A DNA stretch of 64,000 bases, from IMG/VR virus record IMGVR_UViG_2934069824_000002, positions 1-64,000 of that record, one strand, 5' to 3'. Below are positions 9,401 to 17,922 of this stretch, piece by piece (positions within the stretch are counted from its first letter, which is position 1; each line of letters opens with the position of its first letter). Both the position numbers and the translations under genes were made by a program. This DNA is from a virus. Taxonomy: Duplodnaviria > Caudoviricetes. The notes under the pieces are model-generated. The model worked only from the letters and a program-made list of their open reading frames with translations. It was not told the DNA's origin and searched no databases.

Positions 9401-9647
9401 CCGGCACGCTGACCCGGATCGGGGTGTTGCGCCCGATGAGCCCGTAGTACGGGGACAGCGGGTTCCGCGGGGAGAACCTGCCGTGCCGGTTGTTGAGCTT
9501 CAGGGTGCACTTGGACGGGCCGCCCTTCGCCGCCTCGTTCTTCGCCCCGCGCTCGATGACGATCGGCTCGCTCTCCCGGACGTCGCCGGTGACGTCCGTC
9601 CACGTGCCGCCGATCTGGAACTCTGTACGCCGGTCCAGAGGGAACAC
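6441..9647 (-). CDS. Large minor tail/baseplate protein with LamG-like and carbohydrate-binding-like domains
   Basis: 1068 aa directly after the tape measure gene; PLAYWPCED and NVIADPGFETG...DDVRL segments. Confidence 0.85.
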   Translation of the reverse strand: MFPLDRRTEFQIGGTWTDVTGDVRESEPIVIERGAKNEAAKGGPSKCTLKLNNRHGRFSPRNPLSPYYGLIGRNTPIRVSVPGPESYLQLDGTTTSYARTPDATALDITGDIDLRVEATCDWWAVPVQTLLGKWVSATAQRSYMLRLENGVVNLSWSVDGTVWYFASQLLPALPKRAALRATLDVNNGAGGYTARFYWATSLSGTWTPLGDPLTSTPATNIYAGTAPLEVAPVAATGWAPVRGRVHRAEVRNGINGPLVADFDTRTKPEGTTSWTDSAGRTWTVSPGATVTNREYRFHGEISAWPTRWDVSGADVWVPIEAAGVRRRLGQGQKALASTLRRRIPAFAPLAYWPCEDEDGATQAYSPIEGVTPLTVTDFRFGQDSTLAGSSALPAVEGGARMVGAVPPPSSTTNQWSVHMVYAVDSPPATDGEFLSWRTTGTVRRWRIVQRQNHADIEGYDAAGDLLVDQAVAIGDDVFEGWQRFYFWVSQSGGTVSWRLDWHNIGGPAGGVGSTYTGTVGRVSQVDTQFGTSISGLKVGHIAVMPVAATAAYTSADHGFSQESAIARMRRLANEESAQINLSWIDGDTAMDTERLGPQRPDTLVALIQEAANTDGGILYEPADRMGLVYRDRASLYNQPVRLALDYTARGEVPPPLEPTEDDQQLRNDVTVIRRGGSSGRAVAETGPLSVEPPPAGVGIYDESVTLSLATDDQPARIAQWRLHLGTWDEARYPTVTVWLHAAPHLVDDALGMDIGDRIQISNPPPWLPPGVIDQHVHGYTERLGLYEWPITMNCAPAGPWQVGVVEDPVLGRADTDGSQLASSATTTATSLSVAVTAGPRWITAAPNVIADPGFETGTGGWECTRGASIGVVSWVQGIVRTGTGALRVTRVHPTDTGTMNLRDMTGIQAAAAGQTWAGSAWVYAGGAATNAMRVALVWRTSGGTETYIYGAAPGTPPGLWQQLTVSATLPAGAVDVRLGIEGRSSWTVGEWWQADDVRLARTDTLVGDDNGDQFPFAVTLGGEEVTVLGISGASSPQTFTVARSANNIAKGHATATPLSLTYPMRAAL

Positions 9648-9657
9648 GGCCCTCTCC

Positions 9658-11622
9658 TCACTGGCCGAAGGCCTCTTGGACGTCGCCGCCCGCCTCGATG
9701 CGGACGATCTCCTGGAGTGCGGTGCGCAGCGCGCTGGTGCCGCCCGACGCGTCGTAGACGACGCGGATCGTCGTGCCCGCCCCGTCGCCCGCGCGGCGTA
9801 CTCCGGCAGCGGAGCGGAGCATGCTGTCGAGCTTGGACAGGGGCAGGACGGCTTCCTGCTCGGCCCCTTCGCCGATCATGGCGAGCGTGGCGCCGGTGGT
9901 GACGCCGCCCTCGGCGAGCATCGGGATGTTCGGGGTGGAGAGGGTCAGAGACGGGATGGAGACGCCCATGATGGACCCGCCGCCGATGGTGAAGGACAGG
10001 TTGTTCCAGCCGCTGATCAGGGAGTTGACCATGCTGCGGAAAGACGAGGTGATGCCGTCCCACATGCCCGATGCGGCAGAGCGGATCTTTCCCGGCAGGC
10101 CGCTGATCCAGGACACGACCTGACCGAACCACCCGGCGACCCGGCCGGGGATGGCGGCCAGCCAGTTCACGATCGCCACAACGTCCGAGATGGCCTTGCT
10201 GATGTCCGCAACGACCCAGTCCCACGCTGCGGTGGTCTTCTGGACCACCCAGTTCCACGTCGCAGCGACCGCGTCCTTCACCCACTGCCAGGCGGCACCG
10301 AGCTTCGCGACGATCCAGTCCCACACACGGCCGGTTGCGGCGGCGATCTCGTCCCAGTAGACGACGATCAGCACGATGATCGCGATCAGCGCGATGATCG
10401 CCGCGATGATCCACGTACCTGGGAAGGCCCACAGGGCGGTGTTCCACGCCCACTGCGCGATGACGGCGATGCCGATCGCGAGCGCCAGGCCCAGAAGGAT
10501 CGGGACGAGAACCTTGATCAGGCCGGGGTGTTCGGCGAGGACGTCACCCACGATCTTCAGTGCGGGGCCGAGCATCTCGCCCAGCGTTGTGGCCAGGGTC
10601 CTCATGATCGCGTCCATCGACTGCGCTGGGGACGCGGCCATCGCGGCGTTGGCGGCCTCGGCTGCGCCCTTGACGTCGTCCATCCCGTTGGACGAGGCGG
10701 CGGTTGCGGGGTCCATCGCCCACAGGGCATCCGCTCCCTCACCGGCCATGTCGCCGAAGAGTTCGACGGCCAGGGCGCTCTGCTTCCCCTGGTCGTCGAC
10801 GCCGCGGAGAGCTTCGATGGTGGTCTGCAGGGCCTTCTTGGCGGGCTCGCCGCCCTTGTGGATGTTGGCCAGCATCTCCTTTGCGGGCAGTCCCAGGCCC
10901 TTGAAGGCGGCGGCGGCCTTGTCGGTCTCCTCCGAGGTGATGCGTGCGAACTCGTGGAGGACGTCACCGGCCTGGTCGATGTCGCGGCCGCCGGCCTTGA
11001 CGTACTGCGACATCATGCCCATGGCGTCCTGGGCGTCGAGGCCGATCCTGGACCAGTGCTTGCCGTACTCGTTCACGGTGGCGGGGATGTCCGCGAGCAT
11101 CTGCTTGGGCAGATTCTGCGCGGCGACGGTCAGCACGTCGAACGCCTCGGTGCCGTCCTTCGCCAGCCCGTTGTTGATCATCGCTCCGGCGGCCTGCGCG
11201 GCGTCGGCCACGTCGATCTCGAACGTGTCGGCCAGCATCAGCGCCGACGTGGTCATCGACTTCAGCTCGGCATCCGTCAGCTCGCCCATGCTGCCGACGG
11301 ACGAGACGACCGCCTGGATGGAGTCGTTGACGCCGCCGATCGAGTCTCCGAACCCGGCGGAGAACACCTCGCCGGCCACGTCGCCCGCGCGCGCGGCTTC
11401 CTGCTCGGACAGGCCGAGTTGGTTGGCGAGCTTCGTGTTCGCGGCGGAGGCGTCCATGGCGTTGGTGAGGCCCATGACGAACAGGCCGCCGACTGCCGCA
11501 CCGGCGCCGAGGGCGGCGATCCCACCGAGGCTGCCTCCGACCTCGTCGGCCGCACCCTGGGCGCCGGTGGTGAGCTCGTCGGTGTTGATACCGACGGTGA
11601 CAAGGAGCTCTTCAAGGGTCAT
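9658..11622 (-). CDS. Tape measure protein (654 aa)
   Basis: Ala/Gly-rich helical sequence with Trp-periodic repeats and a TM block; follows the tail chaperones; ATGA overlap. Confidence 0.9.
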   Translation of the reverse strand: MTLEELLVTVGINTDELTTGAQGAADEVGGSLGGIAALGAGAAVGGLFVMGLTNAMDASAANTKLANQLGLSEQEAARAGDVAGEVFSAGFGDSIGGVNDSIQAVVSSVGSMGELTDAELKSMTTSALMLADTFEIDVADAAQAAGAMINNGLAKDGTEAFDVLTVAAQNLPKQMLADIPATVNEYGKHWSRIGLDAQDAMGMMSQYVKAGGRDIDQAGDVLHEFARITSEETDKAAAAFKGLGLPAKEMLANIHKGGEPAKKALQTTIEALRGVDDQGKQSALAVELFGDMAGEGADALWAMDPATAASSNGMDDVKGAAEAANAAMAASPAQSMDAIMRTLATTLGEMLGPALKIVGDVLAEHPGLIKVLVPILLGLALAIGIAVIAQWAWNTALWAFPGTWIIAAIIALIAIIVLIVVYWDEIAAATGRVWDWIVAKLGAAWQWVKDAVAATWNWVVQKTTAAWDWVVADISKAISDVVAIVNWLAAIPGRVAGWFGQVVSWISGLPGKIRSAASGMWDGITSSFRSMVNSLISGWNNLSFTIGGGSIMGVSIPSLTLSTPNIPMLAEGGVTTGATLAMIGEGAEQEAVLPLSKLDSMLRSAAGVRRAGDGAGTTIRVVYDASGGTSALRTALQEIVRIEAGGDVQEAFGQ

Positions 11623-11984
11623 GCCGGGCCCCTTTCGCGAAGGTCGGTTCCGCCGAAGCGCCGGTTCATCGCCTGTACCTGGGCGAGCATCTGCTGCCAG
11701 TCGGCGGGCTGCTTCCGGGCGCCCTGGTCCCACGTGGGGATGAAGTCCTTCGGCTCGGCCTTCTTGCCCTTGCCGCGCGCGGCGTTGGCGACGGTCGCGG
11801 CGAGGATCCCGTGGAGCATGTCGCCGCGCTCGGGGCCCAGCGGTCCGGCCACGTGCTCGTAGGCCATCCATTCCGCGAGCTCGGCGGAGTCGATGTCGGC
11901 GAGCATGTGGCGTACCGACCGGGCGCCGAGGTGGGCGGCTAGTCGGAAGTAGAAGCGCCGCTCTGGGCGGCTTCGGAGTTTCCC
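11619..11984 (-). CDS. Tail assembly chaperone frameshift extension (G-T; DUF4035-like)
   Basis: The -1 frame from the GGGAAAC site reads KLRSRPERRFYFRLAAHLG...SAELAEWMAYE and is open to 11619. Confidence 0.8.
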   Translation of the reverse strand, partial: GKLRSRPERRFYFRLAAHLGARSVRHMLADIDSAELAEWMAYEHVAGPLGPERGDMLHGILAATVANAARGKGKKAEPKDFIPTWDQGARKQPADWQQMLAQVQAMNRRFGGTDLRERGPA

Positions 11985-12340
11985 GCCGCGGCCTCCACAT
12001 CTTCCTTGCGGAGCCCGGACAGCCGCTGCGCGACCTCGAACAGCCGCTGGAGGACGGCCCCGTTCTTCGCGCCGAGGGCCTTGACGTCCTTGTCGGTGAA
12101 CAGTCGGTCGAAGTTCTCGTCAACCAGGGACTTCGCGAGGAGCTTCGCGGTCTGGTCGGCGAGGTTCATCTTCTGGACCGACCCGTTGGGGCCGAGGATG
12201 ACGAGCGACGCCTGGTAGGCGTTGCGTTCGGTGCCGGACAGGCCGAGCAGTCGCACGCTGCCGCCCCACTCGGGCACGTCGACGTCCTCCCACCGGCGGT
12301 CGTCGGCGGCGGCGATCTGGTCCTTACTCAGCAGTGCCAT
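11939..12340 (-). CDS. Tail assembly chaperone (gpG-like)
   Basis: EDVDVPEWGGSVR motif; slippery G GGA AAC at 11984-11978. Confidence 0.85.
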   Translation of the reverse strand: MALLSKDQIAAADDRRWEDVDVPEWGGSVRLLGLSGTERNAYQASLVILGPNGSVQKMNLADQTAKLLAKSLVDENFDRLFTDKDVKALGAKNGAVLQRLFEVAQRLSGLRKEDVEAAAGNSEAAQSGASTSD

Positions 12341-12539
12341 CGGTGGCGCCCTTCTTCAGCGTGTTGAGGACTTCGACGACGTCGCCGATCAGCGTCAGCT
12401 GGACGGAGGGCGGCTCGTCGGGGTCGACGGGGACGGTCACGGAGTGCCGCCCGATCGCGTTCGGCGGGATCTCGACTCCGTCGACGACGACGCGAGCACG
12501 GTGGCCTGCCCGGGTGACGGTGATGCGCTGCGCGGGCAT
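12324..12539 (-). CDS. 71-aa hypothetical protein between tail tube and chaperone
   Basis: MPAQRITVTRAGHRARVVVDGVEIP...; TGATG overlap with the tail tube gene. Confidence 0.6.
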   Translation of the reverse strand: MPAQRITVTRAGHRARVVVDGVEIPPNAIGRHSVTVPVDPDEPPSVQLTLIGDVVEVLNTLKKGATDGTAE

Positions 12540-12952
12540 CAGCTGATCACCGGCTTCCCGGACACCTTGAAGGTCAGGGACGCGGCGGCCTTGTCGTCGT
12601 AGGGGGCCTCCGGCTCGAACCCGGTGATGATCGCCGGGAACGCCCACGTCGTGGCCCCGGTGTCGGGAAACACGATCTTGTAGTTGCGGGGGGCGATGTC
12701 GTCGAAGTCGGCGACGAGGGTGTCGTGCAGGGCGGGCTGGTAGTTGATGTCCGCCGTCACCTCGCCCGGGTCCTTGAGCCCTCCGAGGAACTCCATCCAC
12801 CCGTCCGGGCTACCGTGGCTGGTGACGTCGAGGGTTTCCCTCGACAGGCCCGGCCCCGACAGGTTCGTGATGTCGGCGATGGCGGTGAAGACCTCCACGG
12901 CCTCCCCGTCACCGCGCTGCAGCTGTACTCCGAAGCCGTCCATACCGGCCAT
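12539..12952 (-). CDS. Major tail (tube) protein
   Basis: GPGLSRETLDVTSH...EFLGGLKDPGEV...TFKVSGKP; AAGGAGG RBS. Confidence 0.92.
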   Translation of the reverse strand: MAGMDGFGVQLQRGDGEAVEVFTAIADITNLSGPGLSRETLDVTSHGSPDGWMEFLGGLKDPGEVTADINYQPALHDTLVADFDDIAPRNYKIVFPDTGATTWAFPAIITGFEPEAPYDDKAAASLTFKVSGKPVIS

Positions 12953-12967
12953 GGCTGCCTCCTTGGG

Positions 12968-13000
12968 CAAAAAGAAAGCCCCGGGCCGGACGGCGCGGGG
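12968..13000 (-). terminator. Intrinsic terminator upstream of the tail tube gene
   Basis: GCCCCG...CGGGGC stem followed by TTTCTTTTT on minus. Confidence 0.65.
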
Positions 13001-13017
13001 CGGGTCTGTGCGGCGTG

Positions 13018-13437
13018 TTACGGGTGCTGCTCGGTGACGACCCGGTACCGCAGCACCAGGTGCCGGATGTCGCCCGGCGGCTCCGGGTCGGTGAGCGTCT
13101 GGGAGAACTCGAACCGCGTCGCGATCCAGTCGTGCCCGGGGATCGCCAGCGGCTGGTGGTCCAGCAGCTCGGTGATCCGGGCCCCGATGCGCAGCACCCG
13201 GGCGTAGCCGCGGTACTGGTCCCACACGTGCAGGGTCGGGACGGTCTGCCGGCCGAATCCGCCGTGCCGGTTGTCGGGGGTCTCGACCGCCTCGCCGAGC
13301 TGGACGAACGGGTAGGGCACGGTCTCGGGCAGGTAGTCGTAGATGCCTTCGATCAGCGTCCCGAGGACGCTGTCGCCGGAGAGGACCGTGTGCAGGGCTC
13401 CCTGGAGGGGGAGCATCGGGGACGGGGCGGTGCTCAT
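13018..13437 (-). CDS. Tail completion/terminator protein (DUF3168-like)
   Basis: GIYDYLPETVPYPFVQLG...TLHVW...RHLVLRYR. Confidence 0.85.
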   Translation of the reverse strand: MSTAPSPMLPLQGALHTVLSGDSVLGTLIEGIYDYLPETVPYPFVQLGEAVETPDNRHGGFGRQTVPTLHVWDQYRGYARVLRIGARITELLDHQPLAIPGHDWIATRFEFSQTLTDPEPPGDIRHLVLRYRVVTEQHP

Positions 13438-13847
13438 GCCAGGGCCTTCCTCACCTCGGTCTGGATACGGGCGGCCAGCTTCGTCCGCTCGGCCTCGATC
13501 GCGGGCCCGAGCACGGGCCGTGCGGGGATCTTGCGGGTGCCGAACTCGTGGACGATGACGTAGAAGTCGTCCCGGTCCCACCACCCGATCTCGGCGAGCA
13601 GCCGGTTGTTGTGGAAGCGGGCCTTCGCGCTCTGCTGGAGGTTCCCGGAGTCGACCCGCACGCCTGCGGACGCGTCGGCGCGGATGGCCTCGGCGGAGTC
13701 CTTCAGGGCCTTGAACCCGGCGGCGCGGATCGTCGGGGTGAGGTCGGCGAGCTGGTCGCGCAGTGCGTCCAGGCCTTCGATCTGCACGGTGATGCCGCTG
13801 CTGCGGGTCCCGCCCCGGCGCCCTCCGCCCCCGCGGCGGCGGGCCAC
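13434..13847 (-). CDS. HK97 gp10-like neck protein
   Basis: VRVDSGNL...HEFGTRKIPARPVLGPA. Confidence 0.85.
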   Translation of the reverse strand: MARRRGGGGRRGGTRSSGITVQIEGLDALRDQLADLTPTIRAAGFKALKDSAEAIRADASAGVRVDSGNLQQSAKARFHNNRLLAEIGWWDRDDFYVIVHEFGTRKIPARPVLGPAIEAERTKLAARIQTEVRKALA

Positions 13848-14014
13848 TACTTGCTCAGGGTGCGGCGGATCGCGGCGACGTCCCCGGCGAGGGCGAGCAG
13901 CGCCCACGCGCACGCGGACAGCGGGGCCTGATCGGCGAGGGCCGCTTCGGCGTTCTGTCGGCAGTCGAGGCTGTCGGCGGGCAGCGGGCGCCTCTCCGGA
14001 ATCTGGTCGGTCAC
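13847..14014 (-). CDS. 55-aa hypothetical protein
   Basis: AGGAGG RBS, GTG start, MTDQIPERRPLPADSLDCRQNAEAALADQAPLSACAWALLALAGDVAAIRRTLSK; stop overlaps the next start. Confidence 0.55.
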   Translation of the reverse strand: MTDQIPERRPLPADSLDCRQNAEAALADQAPLSACAWALLALAGDVAAIRRTLSK

Positions 14015-14017
14015 GGG

Positions 14018-14365
14018 TCATCCTCCTTGCTGGACCAGCTGGCAGGGGGCCTTGGAGTAGATGGGGGTGGACGGCTGGACGGTGGCCAGGACCCGGAAGA
14101 CCTGTGCCTGCCCCAGCCGGTCGGTGCCGCGCAGCTCGTCGCCGCGGCGCACGTCCGCGCGCGGGGAGAGGAACACGGTGTGGTCGTGCTTGCTGCTGGC
14201 CTGGGCGGCGAGCATGCGGTCGGCGTTGGAGGGCTGGTCGACCTTCGCCCGCACGGTGTTCGGCTGCTGGACGTAGACGGTGCTCTGCCCGCCGTACCCG
14301 TCGTCCGTGGTGACCGACCGCCACACGGCCAGGCGGCGGTTGAAAAACCGGCCCGGCCCCCTCAC
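14018..14365 (-). CDS. Head closure (head-tail adaptor) protein
   Basis: DDGYGG...ADVRRGDEL motifs; synteny. Confidence 0.82.
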   Translation of the reverse strand: MRGPGRFFNRRLAVWRSVTTDDGYGGQSTVYVQQPNTVRAKVDQPSNADRMLAAQASSKHDHTVFLSPRADVRRGDELRGTDRLGQAQVFRVLATVQPSTPIYSKAPCQLVQQGG

Positions 14366-14955
14366 CTCGACCTCATGGTCTGGATGCCGCCGCCGAAGCG
14401 GGCGGCCAGGCGCTCGCGCAGGTAGGCGGGGAGCTCCATGTCGGTGGCCAGGCCGTCACCGCCGTAGGTGACGGCGTAGTCCCCGATCCGCTCGGAGGTG
14501 ACGATCTGGGTGCCGAGGCTGGCCCCGCCGTCGTCGGCCCGGTAGGAGGCCAGGGCCCCGGCGACCAGGCGGCCGACGAGGTCGACCAGGTCGGCCGGGA
14601 CTTCGGGCAGGCCGTGGGTGATGGTCGCCTCGATCTCGGACGGACCGCTGCCGCGGGTCCATCCGCCGAAGCGCCACAGCCGGTCCGAGCGCAGCCGCCA
14701 GTCGTTCACGGCTTCGCCGTCGATCGTCACGGCGGTGACGGCGGTGACCGGAGAACCGGGCAGCCGCAGACGCTGGTCCCGTTCACCGTCCAGCTTCACC
14801 GTCGATGTGGTCTGGCTGATCGGTGACCCGGCCGCGTCGCGGAGCGCGGCCGAGGCGACGGCCAGGTAGTTCTGGACGATCGGGAGTTCCGAGTCGTCCA
14901 CGGTCAGGCCGAGGGCGACCAGGTCGGCCACCGTCGCCAGGGGTTCCAGTGCCAC
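14362..14955 (-). CDS. Head-tail connector protein
   Basis: PLATVADL...THGLPEVPADL...SERIGDYAVTY. Confidence 0.82.
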   Translation of the reverse strand: MALEPLATVADLVALGLTVDDSELPIVQNYLAVASAALRDAAGSPISQTTSTVKLDGERDQRLRLPGSPVTAVTAVTIDGEAVNDWRLRSDRLWRFGGWTRGSGPSEIEATITHGLPEVPADLVDLVGRLVAGALASYRADDGGASLGTQIVTSERIGDYAVTYGGDGLATDMELPAYLRERLAARFGGGIQTMRSR

Positions 14956-14967
14956 GGTGGCCTCCCG

Positions 14968-15351
14968 TCAGTCGGCCATCTCGATGAGATCGGCCTTCGT
15001 GTACGAGGACGCGTCCTCGATGGTCATGTGCTTGAGCCCGGCGACGTAGGCCGCCCAGTCGCCCTTGGGGGCGCTCTCTGCCGGGCGGCGCGGATCGCTG
15101 CTGGGCGTCTTGCCGTCCGGGTGGGGCTCCACCTCGGTCTGCGGCTGCGGCCCGGCCGGGGTGGCGGTCGGCTTGGGCGCCTTCTCCTTGCGCGGCCGGG
15201 GCCCCGTGTCCGACTCGCGGTGCCATTCGCGGGAGTTCAGCCGGGCCTCGATGTCCCGCACGGAGAACGGGCGGCCCACCGTCAGCAGGACCGGGGCGCC
15301 GCCGGAACCGATCAGGCGAACCTCGTCGCCGTCCTTCAGCTCACCGGACAT
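14968..15351 (-). CDS. Hypothetical head-region protein with C-terminal small helical domain
   Basis: RPAESAPKGDWAAYV...TKADLIE; TGATG overlap with the capsid gene. Confidence 0.7.
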   Translation of the reverse strand: MSGELKDGDEVRLIGSGGAPVLLTVGRPFSVRDIEARLNSREWHRESDTGPRPRKEKAPKPTATPAGPQPQTEVEPHPDGKTPSSDPRRPAESAPKGDWAAYVAGLKHMTIEDASSYTKADLIEMAD

Positions 15352-16202
15352 CAGATGATCACGTCCGCCGCGGCGAGACCCTTGGGCCGGACGACCTTCG
15401 CCCCGTACAGGTGGAGGCCCTTCACGATGTCCGCGAAGCCCTTCTCCTTGCGGGCCGCCTCGGTCTTGTTGATCTGCTCGGCGTAGCTGACCGCACCGTT
15501 GTACCCGGCGATGATCAGCTTGCCCGCACCGGCGCCCGGACCGTTGGGGGCGTTGTTCGACTTGCGCAGGGAGAACCCTGCGGCCGAGCCGATGACGCCG
15601 TTGGCGCGGGTCGCGGCGGCGGCGGGGTCGCCGGCGGACACGAACCGCGGGTCCTTCTGGAGCAGGCCGTGGAACTTCGGGGTGACGACCGCCCAGCGGC
15701 CGCTGTCGGGAACATCGTCCTCGTCGAGGACGACGCCGAGGTCGACCAGCAGGTCGTAGGCGGCTGCCGCGTCGGCCAGGGTCTGCTCGGCGATGAGGTT
15801 CCCCGCGTCGACACCGGCGGCCATGAGCCCGGCCACGTAGGTGTCGGACACGTCGCGGAGCTTGTACCCGGCCTTGCGGGCCTGCTCGGACAGCACCTTG
15901 CCGCCGCTCTTGGCCTGCCGCTTCTCCACGTCGTCGACCTCGAACGCGAAGTACTTCGACTGGTCGATGAGCAGGGTCGAGTCGACGTCGTCGACGTCCT
16001 CGATGGTGATGTCGGTGTGCGGGGTGTAGGTGCCGATGGTCGGCTCCGCCAGGGACACGATGTGGACGGTGTCGCCGAACGCGCCGATCTCGCCCTCGTA
16101 GTCGCGGTTCACGACGCCGGGGGCGCCGTAGACGTGGGACTTCTCCAGGGTGACCAGCAGTTCCGAGGACCACACCTCGGGGATGAATGCCGTGATGGCC
16201 AT
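15351..16202 (-). CDS. Major capsid protein
   Basis: FIPEVWS...VNRDYEGEI...GDTVHI...GLHLYGAKVVRP. Confidence 0.93.
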   Translation of the reverse strand: MAITAFIPEVWSSELLVTLEKSHVYGAPGVVNRDYEGEIGAFGDTVHIVSLAEPTIGTYTPHTDITIEDVDDVDSTLLIDQSKYFAFEVDDVEKRQAKSGGKVLSEQARKAGYKLRDVSDTYVAGLMAAGVDAGNLIAEQTLADAAAAYDLLVDLGVVLDEDDVPDSGRWAVVTPKFHGLLQKDPRFVSAGDPAAAATRANGVIGSAAGFSLRKSNNAPNGPGAGAGKLIIAGYNGAVSYAEQINKTEAARKEKGFADIVKGLHLYGAKVVRPKGLAAADVII

Positions 16203-16224
16203 GGTGTTCTCCTTGTGGCCGGGG

Positions 16225-16932
16225 TCAGCCGGCGTTGCTGAGGATGTCGTCGAGCTGGCCGTCTTCCTTGGCCTTGACGATCTGCGCAGGGGTCATGGAC
16301 TTCAGGTCTGCTCGTGTGAGCTGCTTCGGCCGGCCCGCCTTGCGCGCTGCTCCGCCGTCGCCCGTGCCCTGGAACCGTCGGCCCGTTGCGGCCGCGAGGT
16401 AGGGCTTGGACTTGATGAGGTCGTCGATCGCCTCCGCGACCTCGTCGGAGTCGACGTTTCCGTCGTCGTCGACCTCGAACTGGTCGAGGTCGAGGAACTT
16501 GTAGGCGTCGGCCGGGTCGGCGAGCTTGCCCGCCGCCGCGGCCTTCACCTCGGCCCGCAGGATCCGGGCGTTGGCCTTCGACAGGGCGGCGCTCTCGGCT
16601 TCACGCCGGGTCTTCTCCGCCTCGTCGGTGCCGTCCTTCTCGGCGAGCTGCTGCTCCAGGGTGCGGCGCTTCTCCCGCTCGGCCTTGAGCTTGCCCTTCA
16701 TGCTGTCCAGGGCCCGCTTGCCCTTGTCGCCGAGGTCGGCGGCACCGTCCGGGTCCTGCTCGTCGTCCGGCTCGGTCTCGTCCGGCTCGTCGTCCGGCTT
16801 CGGCTCGTCCTCGTCGCCGGGCTGCCCCTCTTCCTCGCCGCCGTCGGCGTAGAGAGTGAACGGGTCGGCGTAGGGGTGGGTCCAGCCGGGCGCGTGCGCG
16901 CGGGCGTGCCGGGGCAGGGTGCTGCGGTTCAT
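16225..16932 (-). CDS. Capsid scaffolding protein
   Basis: Acidic N-part, LGDKGKRAL, coiled coil, KPYLAA; precedes the capsid gene. Confidence 0.85.
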   Translation of the reverse strand: MNRSTLPRHARAHAPGWTHPYADPFTLYADGGEEEGQPGDEDEPKPDDEPDETEPDDEQDPDGAADLGDKGKRALDSMKGKLKAEREKRRTLEQQLAEKDGTDEAEKTRREAESAALSKANARILRAEVKAAAAGKLADPADAYKFLDLDQFEVDDDGNVDSDEVAEAIDDLIKSKPYLAAATGRRFQGTGDGGAARKAGRPKQLTRADLKSMTPAQIVKAKEDGQLDDILSNAG

Positions 16933-16980
16933 CAGGGACTCCCGTTGCGGGTGCGGGCCCGCGCGTTGCGCGCGGGCGGG

Positions 16981-17922
16981 TCAGAAGATGTAGGCGTGCT
17001 GCCGCAGCAGCCGGACCGCGTGCGCGCGGTTGTCGGCCAGGCGGAAGATCTCTTCGGGCATCAGGCGCGGAGTACGGCGGCCGGCCGCCCGCATGCGCTT
17101 TCCGGCGATGCCCCGGGCCGTGGTGCTCTCGGTCGTGGCGAGCACCTTGCGGCCGAACACGGTGGCTGTCGCCATGCCGCGCCGGGCGTTGACGAGCAGC
17201 CCCAGGTCGGCGCCCTCGGCGAGCGCCTTTGCCCCGGCCTCGCCGAACGTCTTCTTGCGCTGGGCGTCCGACATGGCGTCGACCAGCTTGCGCGGGTCCT
17301 GCGCGGTGGGCCGGTGGTCGCGGGTGACGGGCTCCATCCCGCACTGGCAGCGCGGGTGCCGCAGGAAACCCGTGGACGTGCCGTACTCCTTCCCGGCCAG
17401 GACCAAGCAGCGGGAGCAGGCCCCGGACTCCGTCACCCGGATGTACGCGGTGACCGACGGCCGGGTCACCATGCCGACCTGATCGGCGGCCCGCCCTGCG
17501 TCCGCGACGGCGGTGCGGGCGACGATGTCGATCAGGGCCTGGCCGCGGGCCATGGCCTGGGCGATCGGGGCCCCGGCGGTGACCATCCGGAACGCGGCCC
17601 ACATCGGGCCGGCCAGCACGTCGGCCAGGGGCAGGCCCTCGCCGGACACCCCGGCCAGCATCTGCGGGTTCAGCCGGTCGGCGTCCGGCCGGTCCGGGTC
17701 CTCGTCGCCGAGCAGCCGTGTCAGCCACGACTCGGTCGACTCGGCGGCCGCGAGCTGGGCTCCGGACACGACCACCAGGAGGCGGGCCATGAGCGGCAGC
17801 CAGGAACCGCGGATGTCCTGCGGGTCCGTCTGCCTCCACAGCCGCACAGCGGCCCGACCGGCGGCCTGCCCGAGCCGCTCCCTGGCCGCCTGGTGGGTCA
17901 GCGCGAGAGGCGACGGGCTCAT
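16981..17922 (-). CDS. Minor head/capsid maturation protein (MuF-like)
   Basis: ACSRCLVLAG...FLRHPRCQC...RLMPEEI; lies between portal and scaffold. Confidence 0.8.
   Translation of the reverse strand: MSPSPLALTHQAARERLGQAAGRAAVRLWRQTDPQDIRGSWLPLMARLLVVVSGAQLAAAESTESWLTRLLGDEDPDRPDADRLNPQMLAGVSGEGLPLADVLAGPMWAAFRMVTAGAPIAQAMARGQALIDIVARTAVADAGRAADQVGMVTRPSVTAYIRVTESGACSRCLVLAGKEYGTSTGFLRHPRCQCGMEPVTRDHRPTAQDPRKLVDAMSDAQRKKTFGEAGAKALAEGADLGLLVNARRGMATATVFGRKVLATTESTTARGIAGKRMRAAGRRTPRLMPEEIFRLADNRAHAVRLLRQHAYIF

Noticed and set aside
5832-11862. Long plus-strand ORFs (5832..8423, 9490..11862; likewise 42720..46073, 47315..50068)
   Set aside because: Antisense shadows of real minus-strand genes, expected in high-GC DNA; no recognisable motifs
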